The notes: generated by a model not told the origin, from the sequence alone. 64,000 bases of DNA from Nostoc sp. (GCF_036916655.1 NZ_JBALFY010000011.1:36569-100568), one strand, 5' to 3'; positions 21,234 to 31,917 are shown, numbered from the stretch's first letter. Program-made: numbers and translations.

Positions 21234-22475
21234 ATGTTTAACTTAAATCGTTGGCAATCTAGAACAGCTGCACTTATGGCTTTGAGCGTCACAGTCGGAA
21301 CTGTAGCACCTTTCATGACAGCTTCGCCATCTTTAGCTCAAACTACTTTTTCTGATGTTTCATCTAACTATTGGGCAGCACAATTTATTCAACAATTGTC
21401 ACAGCGAGGTGTTATTGCCGGATTTCCTGATGGTAGCTTCCGCCCAGAAGAACCGGTGACACGCGCTCAATTTGCCGCGATGGTCAATAAAGCTTTCCAA
21501 AAAGCACAGCAACGGCAGCCAATCAATTTTGCTGATGTGCCTAGCAACTATTGGGCATCCAGTGCCATTCAGCAAGCTTATACCATTGGTTTCTTATCAG
21601 GATATCCTGGTAATCGCTTTGAGCCTAACCAAGCTATTCCCCGCGAACAGGTTTTAGTTTCCCTCGCTAACGGTCTGGAATATAACCCCAGTGGTAATAC
21701 CGAAAGTACTCTGCAATATTTCAATGATGCCTCTAGCATCGCTAGCTATGCCCGTAGCCCGATCGCAGCAGCAACCGAAAAGCAAATTGTGGTGAACTAT
21801 CCGAATGTGAAGTTCCTGAATCCAACTGCAACCGCCACTCGCGCCCAGGTAGCAGCTTTTATTTACCAAGCATTGGTTAGTTCTAATCAAGCTTCAGCAA
21901 TTAACTCACCCTATGTTGTGGCTGTCGGATCTACTAACCCAACACCTACATCAGTGACAATTGCTCAAGGGACTGCTATTCCTGTGAAGTATGACAAGGC
22001 AGAAAAAATTCTAGTTACAAAGGATGAAACATCACCTTTGACATTGACAGTATCCCAAAACGTGGTTACGCAAGACGGATCTGTAGTGATTCCTGCTGGT
22101 AGTCAAGTTATTGGTCAACTCAAACCGGCTACAGGCGGTTCTCAATTTATTGCTGAGAAACTGGTTTTAACCAATGGTCAAGAGTATCAACTTAACGCTA
22201 GTTCTAACGTGATTACCAAAACTGAAACCGTCAACAAGGGTACTAGTACTGGTGCAATTATCAGAAATACTGTATTAGGCGCAGGTGCAGCCGCAGCGGT
22301 ATCTGCTGTCACAGGCGATCGCGCCATTGCCACAGAAGAAGTCTTGGGTGGCGCTGGTATCGGTGCATTGATTGGTCTGTTCTTCGGTAAGAAAAGTGTT
22401 GACTTAATCGCTATTGATCCAAATACCGATTTACAAATGACAATCAATCAAAACTTGTTGGTTTCACTAAGATAG
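21234..22475 (+). CDS. S-layer homology (SLH) domain protein with C-terminal glycine-zipper domain
   Basis: Signal peptide ending SLA-Q, three SLH repeats, GGAG ribosome-binding site. Confidence 0.88.
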   Translation: MFNLNRWQSRTAALMALSVTVGTVAPFMTASPSLAQTTFSDVSSNYWAAQFIQQLSQRGVIAGFPDGSFRPEEPVTRAQFAAMVNKAFQKAQQRQPINFADVPSNYWASSAIQQAYTIGFLSGYPGNRFEPNQAIPREQVLVSLANGLEYNPSGNTESTLQYFNDASSIASYARSPIAAATEKQIVVNYPNVKFLNPTATATRAQVAAFIYQALVSSNQASAINSPYVVAVGSTNPTPTSVTIAQGTAIPVKYDKAEKILVTKDETSPLTLTVSQNVVTQDGSVVIPAGSQVIGQLKPATGGSQFIAEKLVLTNGQEYQLNASSNVITKTETVNKGTSTGAIIRNTVLGAGAAAAVSAVTGDRAIATEEVLGGAGIGALIGLFFGKKSVDLIAIDPNTDLQMTINQNLLVSLR

Positions 22476-22541
22476 TCATTAGTCATTAGTCATTGGTCAT
22501 CGGTCATTGGTCATTAGTCTTTACAAATGACAAATGACAAA
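22474..22541. repeat. Inverted STRR arms between convergent genes (probable bidirectional hairpin)
   Basis: (AGTCATT/GGTCATT)n followed by (CAAATGA)n. Confidence 0.75.
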
Positions 22542-22543
22542 TT

Positions 22544-23893
22544 CTAAACTTCCGGCAACCAAATAATAAATGTAGTTCCCGGTGCATTGGGTGAAGTTAG
22601 CTTAGAGTTGATTGCAGGGCTGAAAACCTCGATTTCGCCCTGCATTTGCTCTATTAATTGTTTAGCGATCGCTAACCCCAAACCTGTACCGGGGATTTCT
22701 GTTTGCGCTTGTACACCCCGATAATGTCGTTCTCCAAGATGTTCTAAATCTTGGGGTGGAATTCCAGGCCCGTTATCACTAATGACTATTCCCTGAAAAT
22801 TCGCTTTTTTTTGCCCCGCCTGAATCAAAATTTTGCCACCAGTGGGAGTGTATTTTAAAGCATTATCAATAATGTTAGTTAACACCTCTCGTAATGCTTT
22901 GACGTTGGCACGTACTAGAGATGAATTTTGTTGAATTTCAGTTATGAGTTTTAGCTTTCGCTCTTGGGCGATCGCTTTGGCTGATATTAATAATGGTTCT
23001 AATATATCTGCTAGGGAGCAGTCAACTGCTTTATCTCCTGTTCCCGGTAATAATAGCGGCGGTTTCGCGTCTTTTTGGATAGTTGCTTCTACAAATACTT
23101 CATCTTCTGTCAGATGTAATGGTGCTAAATCTGCCTCCGTCAAGTCAATTACTTGCTCAAATTGTTGCAGTAATTCTTGGAGGCGATCGCTTTCCCGCAC
23201 AATACTATTTGCCACATCTCGGTTAGCGTCTGCTGGTCGTAGTCGTTTCAACAGCAGTTTGCCAAAAGTCCGCAACGCCGTTAATGGGTTACGAAACTGA
23301 TGCAACAGGTTATCCAGTAAATCCTGCTGTTTTTCTTGGAGAATTTGTTGCTCGCGCAACTGCTGCTCAAACCAGGCTCGTCTCTGATCTAAAATACAAG
23401 CGATCGCTAATGTTTGGGCTATCCGTTGAATCTGACTTTGCTCATGTTCATTCCACGCCCGATCTTTTCTACCTGTCACTAGTAACCCCATCATCACACC
23501 CTCATAGACCAGAGGTAAAACAATTTGGTTGCCACTAAGTAGGTATTCCTCTTTTAGATCGGGTTGAGACGCATCTGGTATCTCAGACTCTCCCGACGAA
23601 TTTGGAGATTCTAAACCTGCTGTCAATAACCTTCCCTGATGATTGGGTAATACAAACACATTTCCAACTTGAAGTTGCTTGTATGCCGTCGCTTCAGCAG
23701 TCTCCTCCCCTGGTGGTAATAATGCCGTTTCTGGGTAAATCACCACAGGAATAAGTTTTGCATCACCCGCAGGAGTTTCTACCAATTCTTGTGTTAAGTA
23801 CACAATACTTAAAGTTGCTCCCAGCCCTTGGGTTAGCAGCGCTATTTGCTCTCGACACAGAGCAAGAAAATCGGAACTGGCAGACATTAACAT
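22544..23893 (-). CDS. hik2: GAF histidine kinase Hik2 (chloroplast sensor kinase homologue)
   Basis: FLALCREQIALLTQGLG N-terminus and LLDNLLHQFRNPLTALRTFGKLL H-box recalled as typical of Hik2/CSK. Confidence 0.78.
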   Translation of the reverse strand: MLMSASSDFLALCREQIALLTQGLGATLSIVYLTQELVETPAGDAKLIPVVIYPETALLPPGEETAEATAYKQLQVGNVFVLPNHQGRLLTAGLESPNSSGESEIPDASQPDLKEEYLLSGNQIVLPLVYEGVMMGLLVTGRKDRAWNEHEQSQIQRIAQTLAIACILDQRRAWFEQQLREQQILQEKQQDLLDNLLHQFRNPLTALRTFGKLLLKRLRPADANRDVANSIVRESDRLQELLQQFEQVIDLTEADLAPLHLTEDEVFVEATIQKDAKPPLLLPGTGDKAVDCSLADILEPLLISAKAIAQERKLKLITEIQQNSSLVRANVKALREVLTNIIDNALKYTPTGGKILIQAGQKKANFQGIVISDNGPGIPPQDLEHLGERHYRGVQAQTEIPGTGLGLAIAKQLIEQMQGEIEVFSPAINSKLTSPNAPGTTFIIWLPEV

Positions 23894-24178
23894 TTTTTAG
23901 CTCTTGCTCAAGATTATAGATTTTGAGGCATGATGTAAGAGAGGATACTTAATTTTTACCTCACTCATTTAATAAAGCTTAACTAAAATTTTCTTAGAGA
24001 TGGTTTCTACTAAGGGATTATATTCTTAGGTGATTTTGTTTTGTCTATTTTCAAAGATATTAACTTTCTTATATTAAAAGGTTAAAAACTATTGATATTC
24101 TGAACTAGAACCTATATAATGACGACGGATTTTGTAGCTATCACTACAATCTATAGCTTGAAAGAGGAGGACAATAGA

Positions 24179-24496
24179 TTGGCAAGGAGACGCAAAAGGA
24201 AGAGTCGTCGTCGTCAGGAAGGACGGCGCATTTTGGAACACGTGCCTCAATATAGCATCGAAAGTGGCGAAGAAAAGCCTGTGACAGCAGCGAGAAGATT
24301 CATTCAAGCTGAAGGGATTTTGCCACCAGCGTTGCTACTCGTAAAGCGCAATGAACACACTACAGATCGTTATTTCTGGGCAGAAAAGGGACTGTTTGGT
24401 GCTCAATACGTAGAGGAAAACCATTTCTTGTTTCCTAGTTTGAGGGTGTTAGAACCTTCGCCAGGTCAGGAACCTCTTGCTTTAGCTGGTAGGTGA
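24179..24496 (+). CDS. DUF3155-type conserved cyanobacterial protein
   Basis: MARRRKRKSRRRQEGRRIL...DRYFWAEKGLFGAQY; TTG start with GAGGAGG ribosome-binding site. Confidence 0.8.
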   Translation: MARRRKRKSRRRQEGRRILEHVPQYSIESGEEKPVTAARRFIQAEGILPPALLLVKRNEHTTDRYFWAEKGLFGAQYVEENHFLFPSLRVLEPSPGQEPLALAGR

Positions 24497-24944
24497 ACCA
24501 TCAATGGTCATCTTAGGCATTGAATGTGGCTCCTGACTATCATTAACTGGCAAAATTGCTAAGTTTATGCAAAATTTAATTTTTTTTTAGTTTGTAGCTG
24601 ATTGCCAGTAAATCTAGTCCAGGTAGTTGGAAAGTAAACCTGTCTCAAACCACGCTAGATTGCATGGGTTGATACTATTTTGATGATGCAGAAGGGAGTT
24701 GGTATGGAGCCAGGCGCGTCTAAAAGTGCTAGTGAAGTTGCGCTCTTATGCCGTAGATATTGAGAAAGCTCTGTCAATGAATTTAAGTTAATGAATTTAA
24801 ATTTTTTCCCCGCGACACAAGTCGTGGGGAAAACTGACAAAGCAGTGGTCTTGATTTCCTCCTTCCTACTTTCCATTGCCTAAAGAGTAGGTCAGGTCAG
24901 AAGTCTGCATATCATAGTTAAAAGATGGTCACGAAAATCAACAA

Positions 24945-25475
24945 TTATTTCCCAGGCTTTAACTGTAGAGTCCTTTGCAACTCACTGAGTTCATCTCGAT
25001 GGGCAACTACGGTGATCCTACTTGAGGAGGTTTGTTCGCTCTGAGTTGTTTCTACTTTGAGCGACACCTTCTCAAGTCTTCCAGACTTTTTCCAATAAAA
25101 TAGACCACTTAAAGGCGACAGCAGAACCATCGCCAGAACAACAGTACTCAGGCGAGGAAAAAGCAGGGATACAACCAGAGATAAACAAACAATCCCGGTA
25201 GCTGCAAGTAAAGTTAGGAATATAGCTAAGAACCAGCTGGGGCGAACAAAACCTTCAAAAGTCACTTGGTTTTGTTCTCGGTCTACCGCTGCCACTCGGT
25301 AAGACCGCGATCGAAAATACTCTTTTAATTGAGACATCAAAGCAGCTTCGTCTTGCTCGGATACCAGTTGCACTATTTCTGTGCGGTCTTTAGTCGAGGC
25401 ACGAATAAAGAAAAACAGCCCAACCGATAACAACAAGGTTAGCAGGAACGTAGATGGCAGAATAGCAGTATCCAT
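24945..25475 (-). CDS. ccb1: Cofactor assembly of complex C subunit B (CCB1)
   Basis: STFLLTLLLSVGLFFFIRASTKDRTE, three transmembrane segments. Confidence 0.82.
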   Translation of the reverse strand: MDTAILPSTFLLTLLLSVGLFFFIRASTKDRTEIVQLVSEQDEAALMSQLKEYFRSRSYRVAAVDREQNQVTFEGFVRPSWFLAIFLTLLAATGIVCLSLVVSLLFPRLSTVVLAMVLLSPLSGLFYWKKSGRLEKVSLKVETTQSEQTSSSRITVVAHRDELSELQRTLQLKPGK

Positions 25476-25609
25476 AACGAATTGTTAATGTTTGACTGGA
25501 GGAGACTTATTCATTATCAATTATTCGTTATACCAATTTGAACAATGATTGCGACAAATAGAGTGCCAAAAAGCGATTACCAGCGACTCTTACACAATCT
25601 AAAATCCTA

Positions 25610-25957
25610 TTACTTTGTCCTCCCGTTAATGTAGTGTTGCCAAAGAACAGCTAAATCCTGAGCTTGAACTTGCCATTCGGGAGAAACTTGGTACATCCGC
25701 CTGGGGCGTCCTCGTCCTTCGAGTTTCTTCCAATATCCAGTGATTGCCCCTTGGTCTTCCAGAAATTTGATTGCACTATAAAGTACGGTATCTGAAAGTC
25801 GATAGATGGGATACTCAGTTTCTAATTGCTCGATCAACTCGGTTCCGTAGGATTCACCTTGTAATAAAACAGACAGTATGTAACAAACTGCAAGTTCCTG
25901 ACAAAGGTAAGTTGGCGGAGGATTCTCAAAAAAATGATATATATCCTCAAGTTTCAT
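25610..25957 (-). CDS. pex: PadR-family regulator Pex (circadian period extender)
   Basis: FFENPPPTYLCQELAVCYIL...SYGTELI...LSDTVLYSAIKFL...GRGRPRRMY. Confidence 0.85.
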   Translation of the reverse strand: MKLEDIYHFFENPPPTYLCQELAVCYILSVLLQGESYGTELIEQLETEYPIYRLSDTVLYSAIKFLEDQGAITGYWKKLEGRGRPRRMYQVSPEWQVQAQDLAVLWQHYINGRTK

Positions 25958-26555
25958 GGTTAGTGAATGGCTAAAAAAATGCCTTAGGGTAAGGTCTACA
26001 ATCCTTGTAGTCAGTATACAGTGCTACTGCTAAGTGAGTAGTACATATAAAGCTACTTAGACTAGATATCCATTGCGTAAACACCAAATAATCACCCACA
26101 TCTGTGAAGTTGTGGGAAGAGTTTGCGAGTTCTAGGGGTACAAAATAATGTATCCCTACCCAAGCTCGATACAGTGTGTTGAGGAGCGAACAGACAGTGG
26201 CGAAGTCACTATCTTGGTGTTAAGTGATGCCAAAGTGGTTAGAACAGCTTAAGCAATAAAATGCCATCGAAGAAATTTTACAGGTAAAATGCTATTTTGT
26301 CTGTAAATGTTAATAAACACTTTGTTTTACAGTAATTTTCCCAGTGCGGATTATCAAAGCTTACGCTAAGGGATATGTCTGGGTTAAAGCTGCTACGCCA
26401 GTGAAAACACTTAAGTAGCAACCATTGCTGTCTCTTGTGGCAAGTGTGATAGTAAATTTATCAAATAAGACACAAGGGAGGTGGGTAAAAAACTCTCCAT
26501 GTCCCCACGTTCCTGTTTACTCTTGTCCCTTAATCAAGCGCAGCACATTGGTACT

Positions 26556-27134
26556 ATGTCACAAACTCCTGATGCCCCATCATCTTCCTCAACTCTGCGG
26601 GCAATTGCCCAAACTTTTCGCCTGACAGGTTGGATTAGCTTCTGGATTCAGCTAGTACTAGGCGTTGTTTCTAGCATAATTGTGCTGCTGTTCGCCGTCT
26701 TTAATCAAAGAACTGGCAGTCCTAGTAATAATCCTGGGACTGGCTTTGGTGTATTTTTAGCAATTTGTGGACTGGTTGTTTTGGGTGGGGGGATTTATTT
26801 AGCTTACCGTTATACGAGAATTGGCAAGCAATTAGAATCCTCCAATCCCAGCAACCGCCCTCGGAAAAGCGAGACTGTGCAAGTATTACGCTTAGGGGTG
26901 TGGGTGAATTTAGGGGGAACGCTAGTGACTCTTTTGGGGGCGCAGGCGATCGTTGGCACACTGGTAGCACGATCCATATCTCCGCAAGCGATAACTACCC
27001 AATTTTTTGACCCTACCCGGATTATTAGCGGTCTAGATATGCTTGTAGTACAGGCAAACACCAACACTGTCTCAGCCCACTTTGCAGGGCTGGTGGCGTC
27101 ACTTTGGTTACTCAATCGCATTAATCGTCCTTAA
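26556..27134 (+). CDS. DUF3611 (Tic21/PIC1-like) membrane protein
   Basis: GWISFWIQLVLGVVS, four hydrophobic segments, QANTNTVSAHF. Confidence 0.8.
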   Translation: MSQTPDAPSSSSTLRAIAQTFRLTGWISFWIQLVLGVVSSIIVLLFAVFNQRTGSPSNNPGTGFGVFLAICGLVVLGGGIYLAYRYTRIGKQLESSNPSNRPRKSETVQVLRLGVWVNLGGTLVTLLGAQAIVGTLVARSISPQAITTQFFDPTRIISGLDMLVVQANTNTVSAHFAGLVASLWLLNRINRP

Positions 27135-27329
27135 TACAAGTGGGGAGTCGGGGAGAGTAAATAATTTCCCCTGATCTTTTTTTATTTAGCAAATTAATTG
27201 CGTAATCCTATTCTACTTTTCCGTAACATATAGCCCAAGGTGTGAAGACAACTATAGATTATTTGAAAAAAACATCCTGCTAAAAAGTGGCACAGGGATG
27301 ATAAACATCTTTTTTGGAAGTCTTACACT

Positions 27330-27647
27330 ATGAAAAATCAACCAGGACGGAAATTTAATCAAGAAGCTTGGAGATTTGGCGTACAGGTTTTCTTTAGTAG
27401 CATCGTACTGGGACTGTGCATTTTCAAACTTGGTTCACTAGGGGATGAGAAGAATATTGCGCTTTACTGGGGTGGTTTATCAAGTGTACTTGCGTACTGG
27501 CTACCTTCACCTGGGCAAAATAGAGACGAGAAGGAACCACCGAATATCACTCAAAAGACGTTTTCCGCAACTGAAAACGCTAATGGCAATGGTCAAATTT
27601 TAGCTCAGGTTGCTGAAACGACAGTGACTTCAAATACCAGTCCATGA
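27330..27647 (+). CDS. Hypothetical two-transmembrane protein
   Basis: Two hydrophobic segments and a WLPSP motif; free-standing ORF. Confidence 0.6.
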   Translation: MKNQPGRKFNQEAWRFGVQVFFSSIVLGLCIFKLGSLGDEKNIALYWGGLSSVLAYWLPSPGQNRDEKEPPNITQKTFSATENANGNGQILAQVAETTVTSNTSP

Positions 27648-27840
27648 TTAGTTAAATGCATTATCTGCTTTCGTAGCCCTGGCAATGATGCTAGGGTAAA
27701 ATTTTGATAATAGGTTAAGACTAATTTTTCTAAAAAACTTTGTTTTTCCAGTCATAGCAAACCGAAATTACTATATGCTGGATGCTTATGTGTTAACTGT
27801 ATTGACAAAAAGATAATAGGCTAAAAACTGAGAAAAATCT

Positions 27841-29121
27841 GTGCTGGATATCAAGCAAATACGAGAAAATCCGCAATTCGTTCAAGAACGATTGAATAGT
27901 CGTAGTGGTAAATACGACATCGAACCGATATTACTGTTAGATCGGCAACAACGGGAACTTGAGGGGACGCGTAGTCAACTCCAAGCCCGGAGCAACGAAA
28001 TTGGTAAAATTGTCGGTCAGAAGATTAAATCTGGGATCAATCCTCAAGACCCAGAAATTCAAGCTTTGCGGGATGAAGGTAACTCTGTTAAAGCGACGTT
28101 GAGTCAACTGGAACCCCAAGAAAAAGACCTCAAAGCTGAAATTGCTCAACTTGTCTTGGCACTTCCGAACTTACCAAGCGACTCTACACCCCTTGGAAAG
28201 AATGAGGAAGATAACGTAGAAGTGCGCCGTTGGGGTGATGAGTATATTCCCCAAAATGCGAATATTCTCCCTCACTGGGAAATTGGCGAAAAGCTGGGTA
28301 TTCTCAATGTTGAACGAGCTGTAAAAGTTGCCCAAAGTCGCTTTGTGACATTAATGGGTGCTGGTGCGGCATTGGAGAGGGCATTAATTCAATTTATGCT
28401 GAGTCTCCATACTCAAGCTGGGTATGTAGAAGTCAGTCCGCCGTTGTTAGTGAATACTGAGTCTTTGACGGCGACCGGTCAGTTACCCAAGTTTGCGGAA
28501 GAAAGCTTTAAATGCGCTGATGATGACTTGTGGCTGATTCCGACAGCGGAAGTTCCAGTTACAAATCTCTATCGGGGTGAAATTCTCGCTGCTGAAGATT
28601 TGCCTATTTACCACTGTGCTTTTACTCCCTGTTTTCGCCGCGAAGCTGGTAGTTATGGGCGGGATATGCGGGGATTAATTCGCCTGCATCAGTTTAACAA
28701 GGTGGAAATGGTGAAATTTGTCGAACCCAGTACATCTTTTGATGAATTGGAGAAATTGGTAGGGAATGCAGAAGCAATTTTACAGGCGTTGAAGTTGCCT
28801 TACCGAGTAGTAAATTTAAGTACTGGAGATTTAGGATTTGCCTCTACCAAAACTTATGATTTAGAGGTTTGGTTGCCCTCTTCTGGCAAATACCGCGAAA
28901 TTTCTAGCTGTTCCAATACTATAGATTTCCAGGCGCGACGGGCTGATATTCGCTTCAAAGAGGCGGGGAAGAAAGGAACTCAGTTCGTACACACTCTGAA
29001 TGGTTCGGGTTTGGCAGTGGGAAGGACAATGGCAGCAATTTTGGAGAATTATCAACAACCTGATGGAACGGTGAAGATACCAGAAGTATTGCAACCTTAC
29101 TTGGGACGTGAAGTTTTGTAA
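27841..29121 (+). CDS. serS: Serine--tRNA ligase
   Basis: [40 protein letters not shown]. Confidence 0.97.
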   Translation: MLDIKQIRENPQFVQERLNSRSGKYDIEPILLLDRQQRELEGTRSQLQARSNEIGKIVGQKIKSGINPQDPEIQALRDEGNSVKATLSQLEPQEKDLKAEIAQLVLALPNLPSDSTPLGKNEEDNVEVRRWGDEYIPQNANILPHWEIGEKLGILNVERAVKVAQSRFVTLMGAGAALERALIQFMLSLHTQAGYVEVSPPLLVNTESLTATGQLPKFAEESFKCADDDLWLIPTAEVPVTNLYRGEILAAEDLPIYHCAFTPCFRREAGSYGRDMRGLIRLHQFNKVEMVKFVEPSTSFDELEKLVGNAEAILQALKLPYRVVNLSTGDLGFASTKTYDLEVWLPSSGKYREISSCSNTIDFQARRADIRFKEAGKKGTQFVHTLNGSGLAVGRTMAAILENYQQPDGTVKIPEVLQPYLGREVL

Positions 29122-29225
29122 TTTGTCCTTTGTTTTTTACTAATGACCTATGCTCAATGCCCAATACCCAATGCCCAATTAGAATGGAGATAACTATAGC
29201 TTAATATCTTCACTAAATTTACTCT

Positions 29226-30326
29226 ATGTCAGTTTTAGCAGCGATCGCAGTCTTGGCTGTTTTGATCTTGGTACACGAGTTGGGGCATTTTGTTGCAGCA
29301 CGTTCTCAAGGCATTCTCGTTAACCGTTTTTCTTTGGGTTTTGGCCCAGTTCTTTTGAAGTACCAAGGTTCACAAACCGAATATGCTGTCCGCGCCTTTC
29401 CTTTGGGCGGCTTTGTCGGCTTTCCCGATGATGACCCCGATAGCGATGTTCCACCCAATGACCCAAATCTGCTGCGTAACCGTCCAGTTTTAGACCGGGC
29501 GATTGTCATCAGTGCCGGAGTAATCGCCAATTTAATATTTGCTTACTTGGTGTTGGCTCTGCAATTGGGTATTGTTGGCATTCCCAAGGAATTAACCTAT
29601 CAAGCTGGTGTCCTTGTACAGCCTGTTAATCAAGAATCTGTTGCCTATCAAGCAGGAATTCGAGAAGGAGATATTATTCTGGCTGTTAACGGTCAAGAAC
29701 TCCCGGCTTCTGATAAATCAACTCCTTTGCTGACAAAAGAAATTCAAACTCATCCTAATCAGCAAATTGAACTGAAAATTCTGCGTGAAAATCAACAACA
29801 AACCCTGAAATTAACGCCAAAACTGGGAGGCGATGGCAAAGGTGTAGTTGGTGTGGCACTTAGTCCAAATGCTACAGCAATTTATCGCCGTCCTAATAGT
29901 CCTTTTGAAATTTTCGGTCTTGCTGCTAATAGATTTCAACAATTATTTGTTGGGACACTCAGCGGTTTTGGTCAGTTAATTACCAACTTTCAACAAACTG
30001 CTGGACAAGTCTCTGGCCCCGTTAATATCGTCAAAATAGGCGCGAAATTAGCTGAGGATAATAGTGTAAATCTGTTGTCTTTTGCAGCAATTATCAGCAT
30101 TAACTTGGCTATTATCAATATTTTGCCTTTACCAGCTTTGGATGGCGGACAACTAGCTTTTCTGCTGATTGAAGGTTTACGCGGTAAGCCCGTACCTGCC
30201 CGGATTCAAGAAGGCGTAATGCAAACCGGTTTGGTGCTACTCTTAGGGTTAGGAATTTTTCTGATTGTCAAAGAAACTACCCAATTAACTAGTCAATTGG
30301 AGTGGGTACAAAAATTATTCCAATGA
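29226..30326 (+). CDS. rseP: RIP zinc metalloprotease RseP with PDZ domain
   Basis: HELGH and NILPLPALDGG motifs. Confidence 0.93.
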   Translation: MSVLAAIAVLAVLILVHELGHFVAARSQGILVNRFSLGFGPVLLKYQGSQTEYAVRAFPLGGFVGFPDDDPDSDVPPNDPNLLRNRPVLDRAIVISAGVIANLIFAYLVLALQLGIVGIPKELTYQAGVLVQPVNQESVAYQAGIREGDIILAVNGQELPASDKSTPLLTKEIQTHPNQQIELKILRENQQQTLKLTPKLGGDGKGVVGVALSPNATAIYRRPNSPFEIFGLAANRFQQLFVGTLSGFGQLITNFQQTAGQVSGPVNIVKIGAKLAEDNSVNLLSFAAIISINLAIINILPLPALDGGQLAFLLIEGLRGKPVPARIQEGVMQTGLVLLLGLGIFLIVKETTQLTSQLEWVQKLFQ

Positions 30327-30349
30327 AAATAGAGAGCGGGGAATAGGGA

Positions 30350-31021
30350 GTGGGGAGTAGGAAAGAGAAACTTTCACCTTTAAAGAAGCGATCGCTAGAA
30401 ATTTTAGCTCGTCTGAAGCGTCTTTATCCAGATGCTACCTGCTCTTTGAATTACTCAACACCAGTACAACTATTGGTAGCAACGATTCTCTCGGCTCAAT
30501 GTACTGATGAGCGAGTGAATAAGGTAACACCAGCTTTATTTGGTAAGTTTCCTGATGCTGCAAGTTTAGCGATTGCTGACTTGGTAGAATTAGAAAGTTT
30601 GGTGCGTTCCACAGGGTTTTATCACAACAAAGCCAAAAACATTCAAGCCGCCTGTCGGATGATTGTCACCGAGTTTAACTCTGTTGTCCCCAACCAAATG
30701 GAGCAATTATTAAAGCTTCCAGGTGTGGCGCGGAAGACCGCAAATGTAGTATTGGCTCATGCTTATGGCATTAATGCCGGCGTGACAGTAGATACTCACG
30801 TCAAGCGCCTCAGCGGACGTTTGGGTTTAACTGAACATACAGACCCCGTTCGCATTGAACAAGATTTAATGAGTCTATTGCCCCAGCCTGATTGGGAAAA
30901 TTGGTCAATTCGGCTGATTTATCATGGTCGTGCTATTTGTAAAGCTCGCTCTCCCGCTTGCTTTGCTTGTGAGCTTGCTGATTTATGTCCTGCTGCGAAT
31001 CAGCCAGTAGTTGTAGGGTAA
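30350..31021 (+). CDS. nth: Endonuclease III
   Basis: LSAQCTD, HhH LPGVARKTA, VDTHVKR, CKARSPACFACELADLC. Confidence 0.96.
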   Translation: MGSRKEKLSPLKKRSLEILARLKRLYPDATCSLNYSTPVQLLVATILSAQCTDERVNKVTPALFGKFPDAASLAIADLVELESLVRSTGFYHNKAKNIQAACRMIVTEFNSVVPNQMEQLLKLPGVARKTANVVLAHAYGINAGVTVDTHVKRLSGRLGLTEHTDPVRIEQDLMSLLPQPDWENWSIRLIYHGRAICKARSPACFACELADLCPAANQPVVVG

Positions 31022-31098
31022 GCGACACAAGTAACCCCAGAATTGATGGCGAGACTGTAGAATGGAAAACGGTGTCTTTAAATTAAGTTAGAGAATTT

Positions 31099-31401
31099 AT
31101 GGCAAAAAAGAGCTTGATTGAGCGCGAGAAAAAGCGCACCAGGTTGATAGAAAAGTATGCTGACAAGCGAGAAGCGCTTCTAGAAGAGTTCAGAAGTGCA
31201 GCATCTCCTTTGGATAAGCTAGAAATCCACCGGAAGATTCAACAGCTACCCCGGAATAGTGCGCCCACCCGCCACCGCAACCGTTGCTGGTTGACTGGTC
31301 GTTCTAGAGGTGTTTACCGCGATTTTGGTTTGTCTCGGAACGTACTGCGAGAATGGGCGCATGAAGGTCTTTTACCTGGAGTTGTTAAGTCTAGCTGGTA
31401 G
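31099..31401 (+). CDS. rpsN: 30S ribosomal protein S14
   Basis: [13 protein letters not shown]...[12 protein letters not shown]...PGVVKSSW. Confidence 0.98.
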   Translation: MAKKSLIEREKKRTRLIEKYADKREALLEEFRSAASPLDKLEIHRKIQQLPRNSAPTRHRNRCWLTGRSRGVYRDFGLSRNVLREWAHEGLLPGVVKSSW

Positions 31402-31409
31402 TCGAGAGT

Positions 31410-31483
31410 CATTAGTCATTAGTCATTAGTCATTAGTCATTGGTAAAGAACAAATGACAAAGGACAAATGACAAATGACAAAA
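31410..31483. repeat. Inverted STRR arms between convergent genes
   Basis: (AGTCATT)n then (CAAATGA)n. Confidence 0.75.
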
Positions 31484-31485
31484 TA

Positions 31486-31815
31486 TTATTGACCACAACA
31501 CTTATCAATTCCCAGACTTTCTAAGAGTAGATCGCTGACGGCGTTGGCGATCGCAAACTCTCCGTAAAAGCTATTAGAAAAATCATAGGACTGCATCTCT
31601 GTGACAATGGCAATTACCAGAGAACCAAGGTCGTTTTCTCCTTCCATCCGTTGACGCACAAAAATCTGTGCGGCTCGTTGGGCAATATTTTGGTTGACTG
31701 CTTCGGGGATAAATTCTGTATCTAGCCACCGTTGTAGGCGTTCTCGTAACCATTCACCTTCGAGCAGAGGGTTTTCGGGTGGTGGTAGGGTGATGGGTGG
31801 AATTGGTTGAGTCAT
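31486..31815 (-). CDS. Conserved hypothetical protein
   Basis: WLDTEFIPE...FVRQRMEGENDLGSLVIAI; protein-like composition, fills the gap. Confidence 0.75.
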   Translation of the reverse strand: MTQPIPPITLPPPENPLLEGEWLRERLQRWLDTEFIPEAVNQNIAQRAAQIFVRQRMEGENDLGSLVIAIVTEMQSYDFSNSFYGEFAIANAVSDLLLESLGIDKCCGQ

Positions 31816-31917
31816 TTTTTTTAAACGCAGAGGGACGCGGAGGGAAACGCAGAGGAATGCTGAGGTTGACTGTTAGCATCAAATTGCGTTTCTAAGAGTG
31901 TTTTTTTATATTTATTT

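Noticed and set aside
22474-22541. CRISPR-like appearance of short repeats here and elsewhere
   Set aside because: They are contiguous 7-mers with no unique spacers, and there are no cas genes
24655-24876. 73-aa minus ORF downstream of ccb1
   Set aside because: It spans a palindrome (TTTTCCCCGCGAC..GTCGTGGGGAAAA) and has no recognisable motif; cannot be supported
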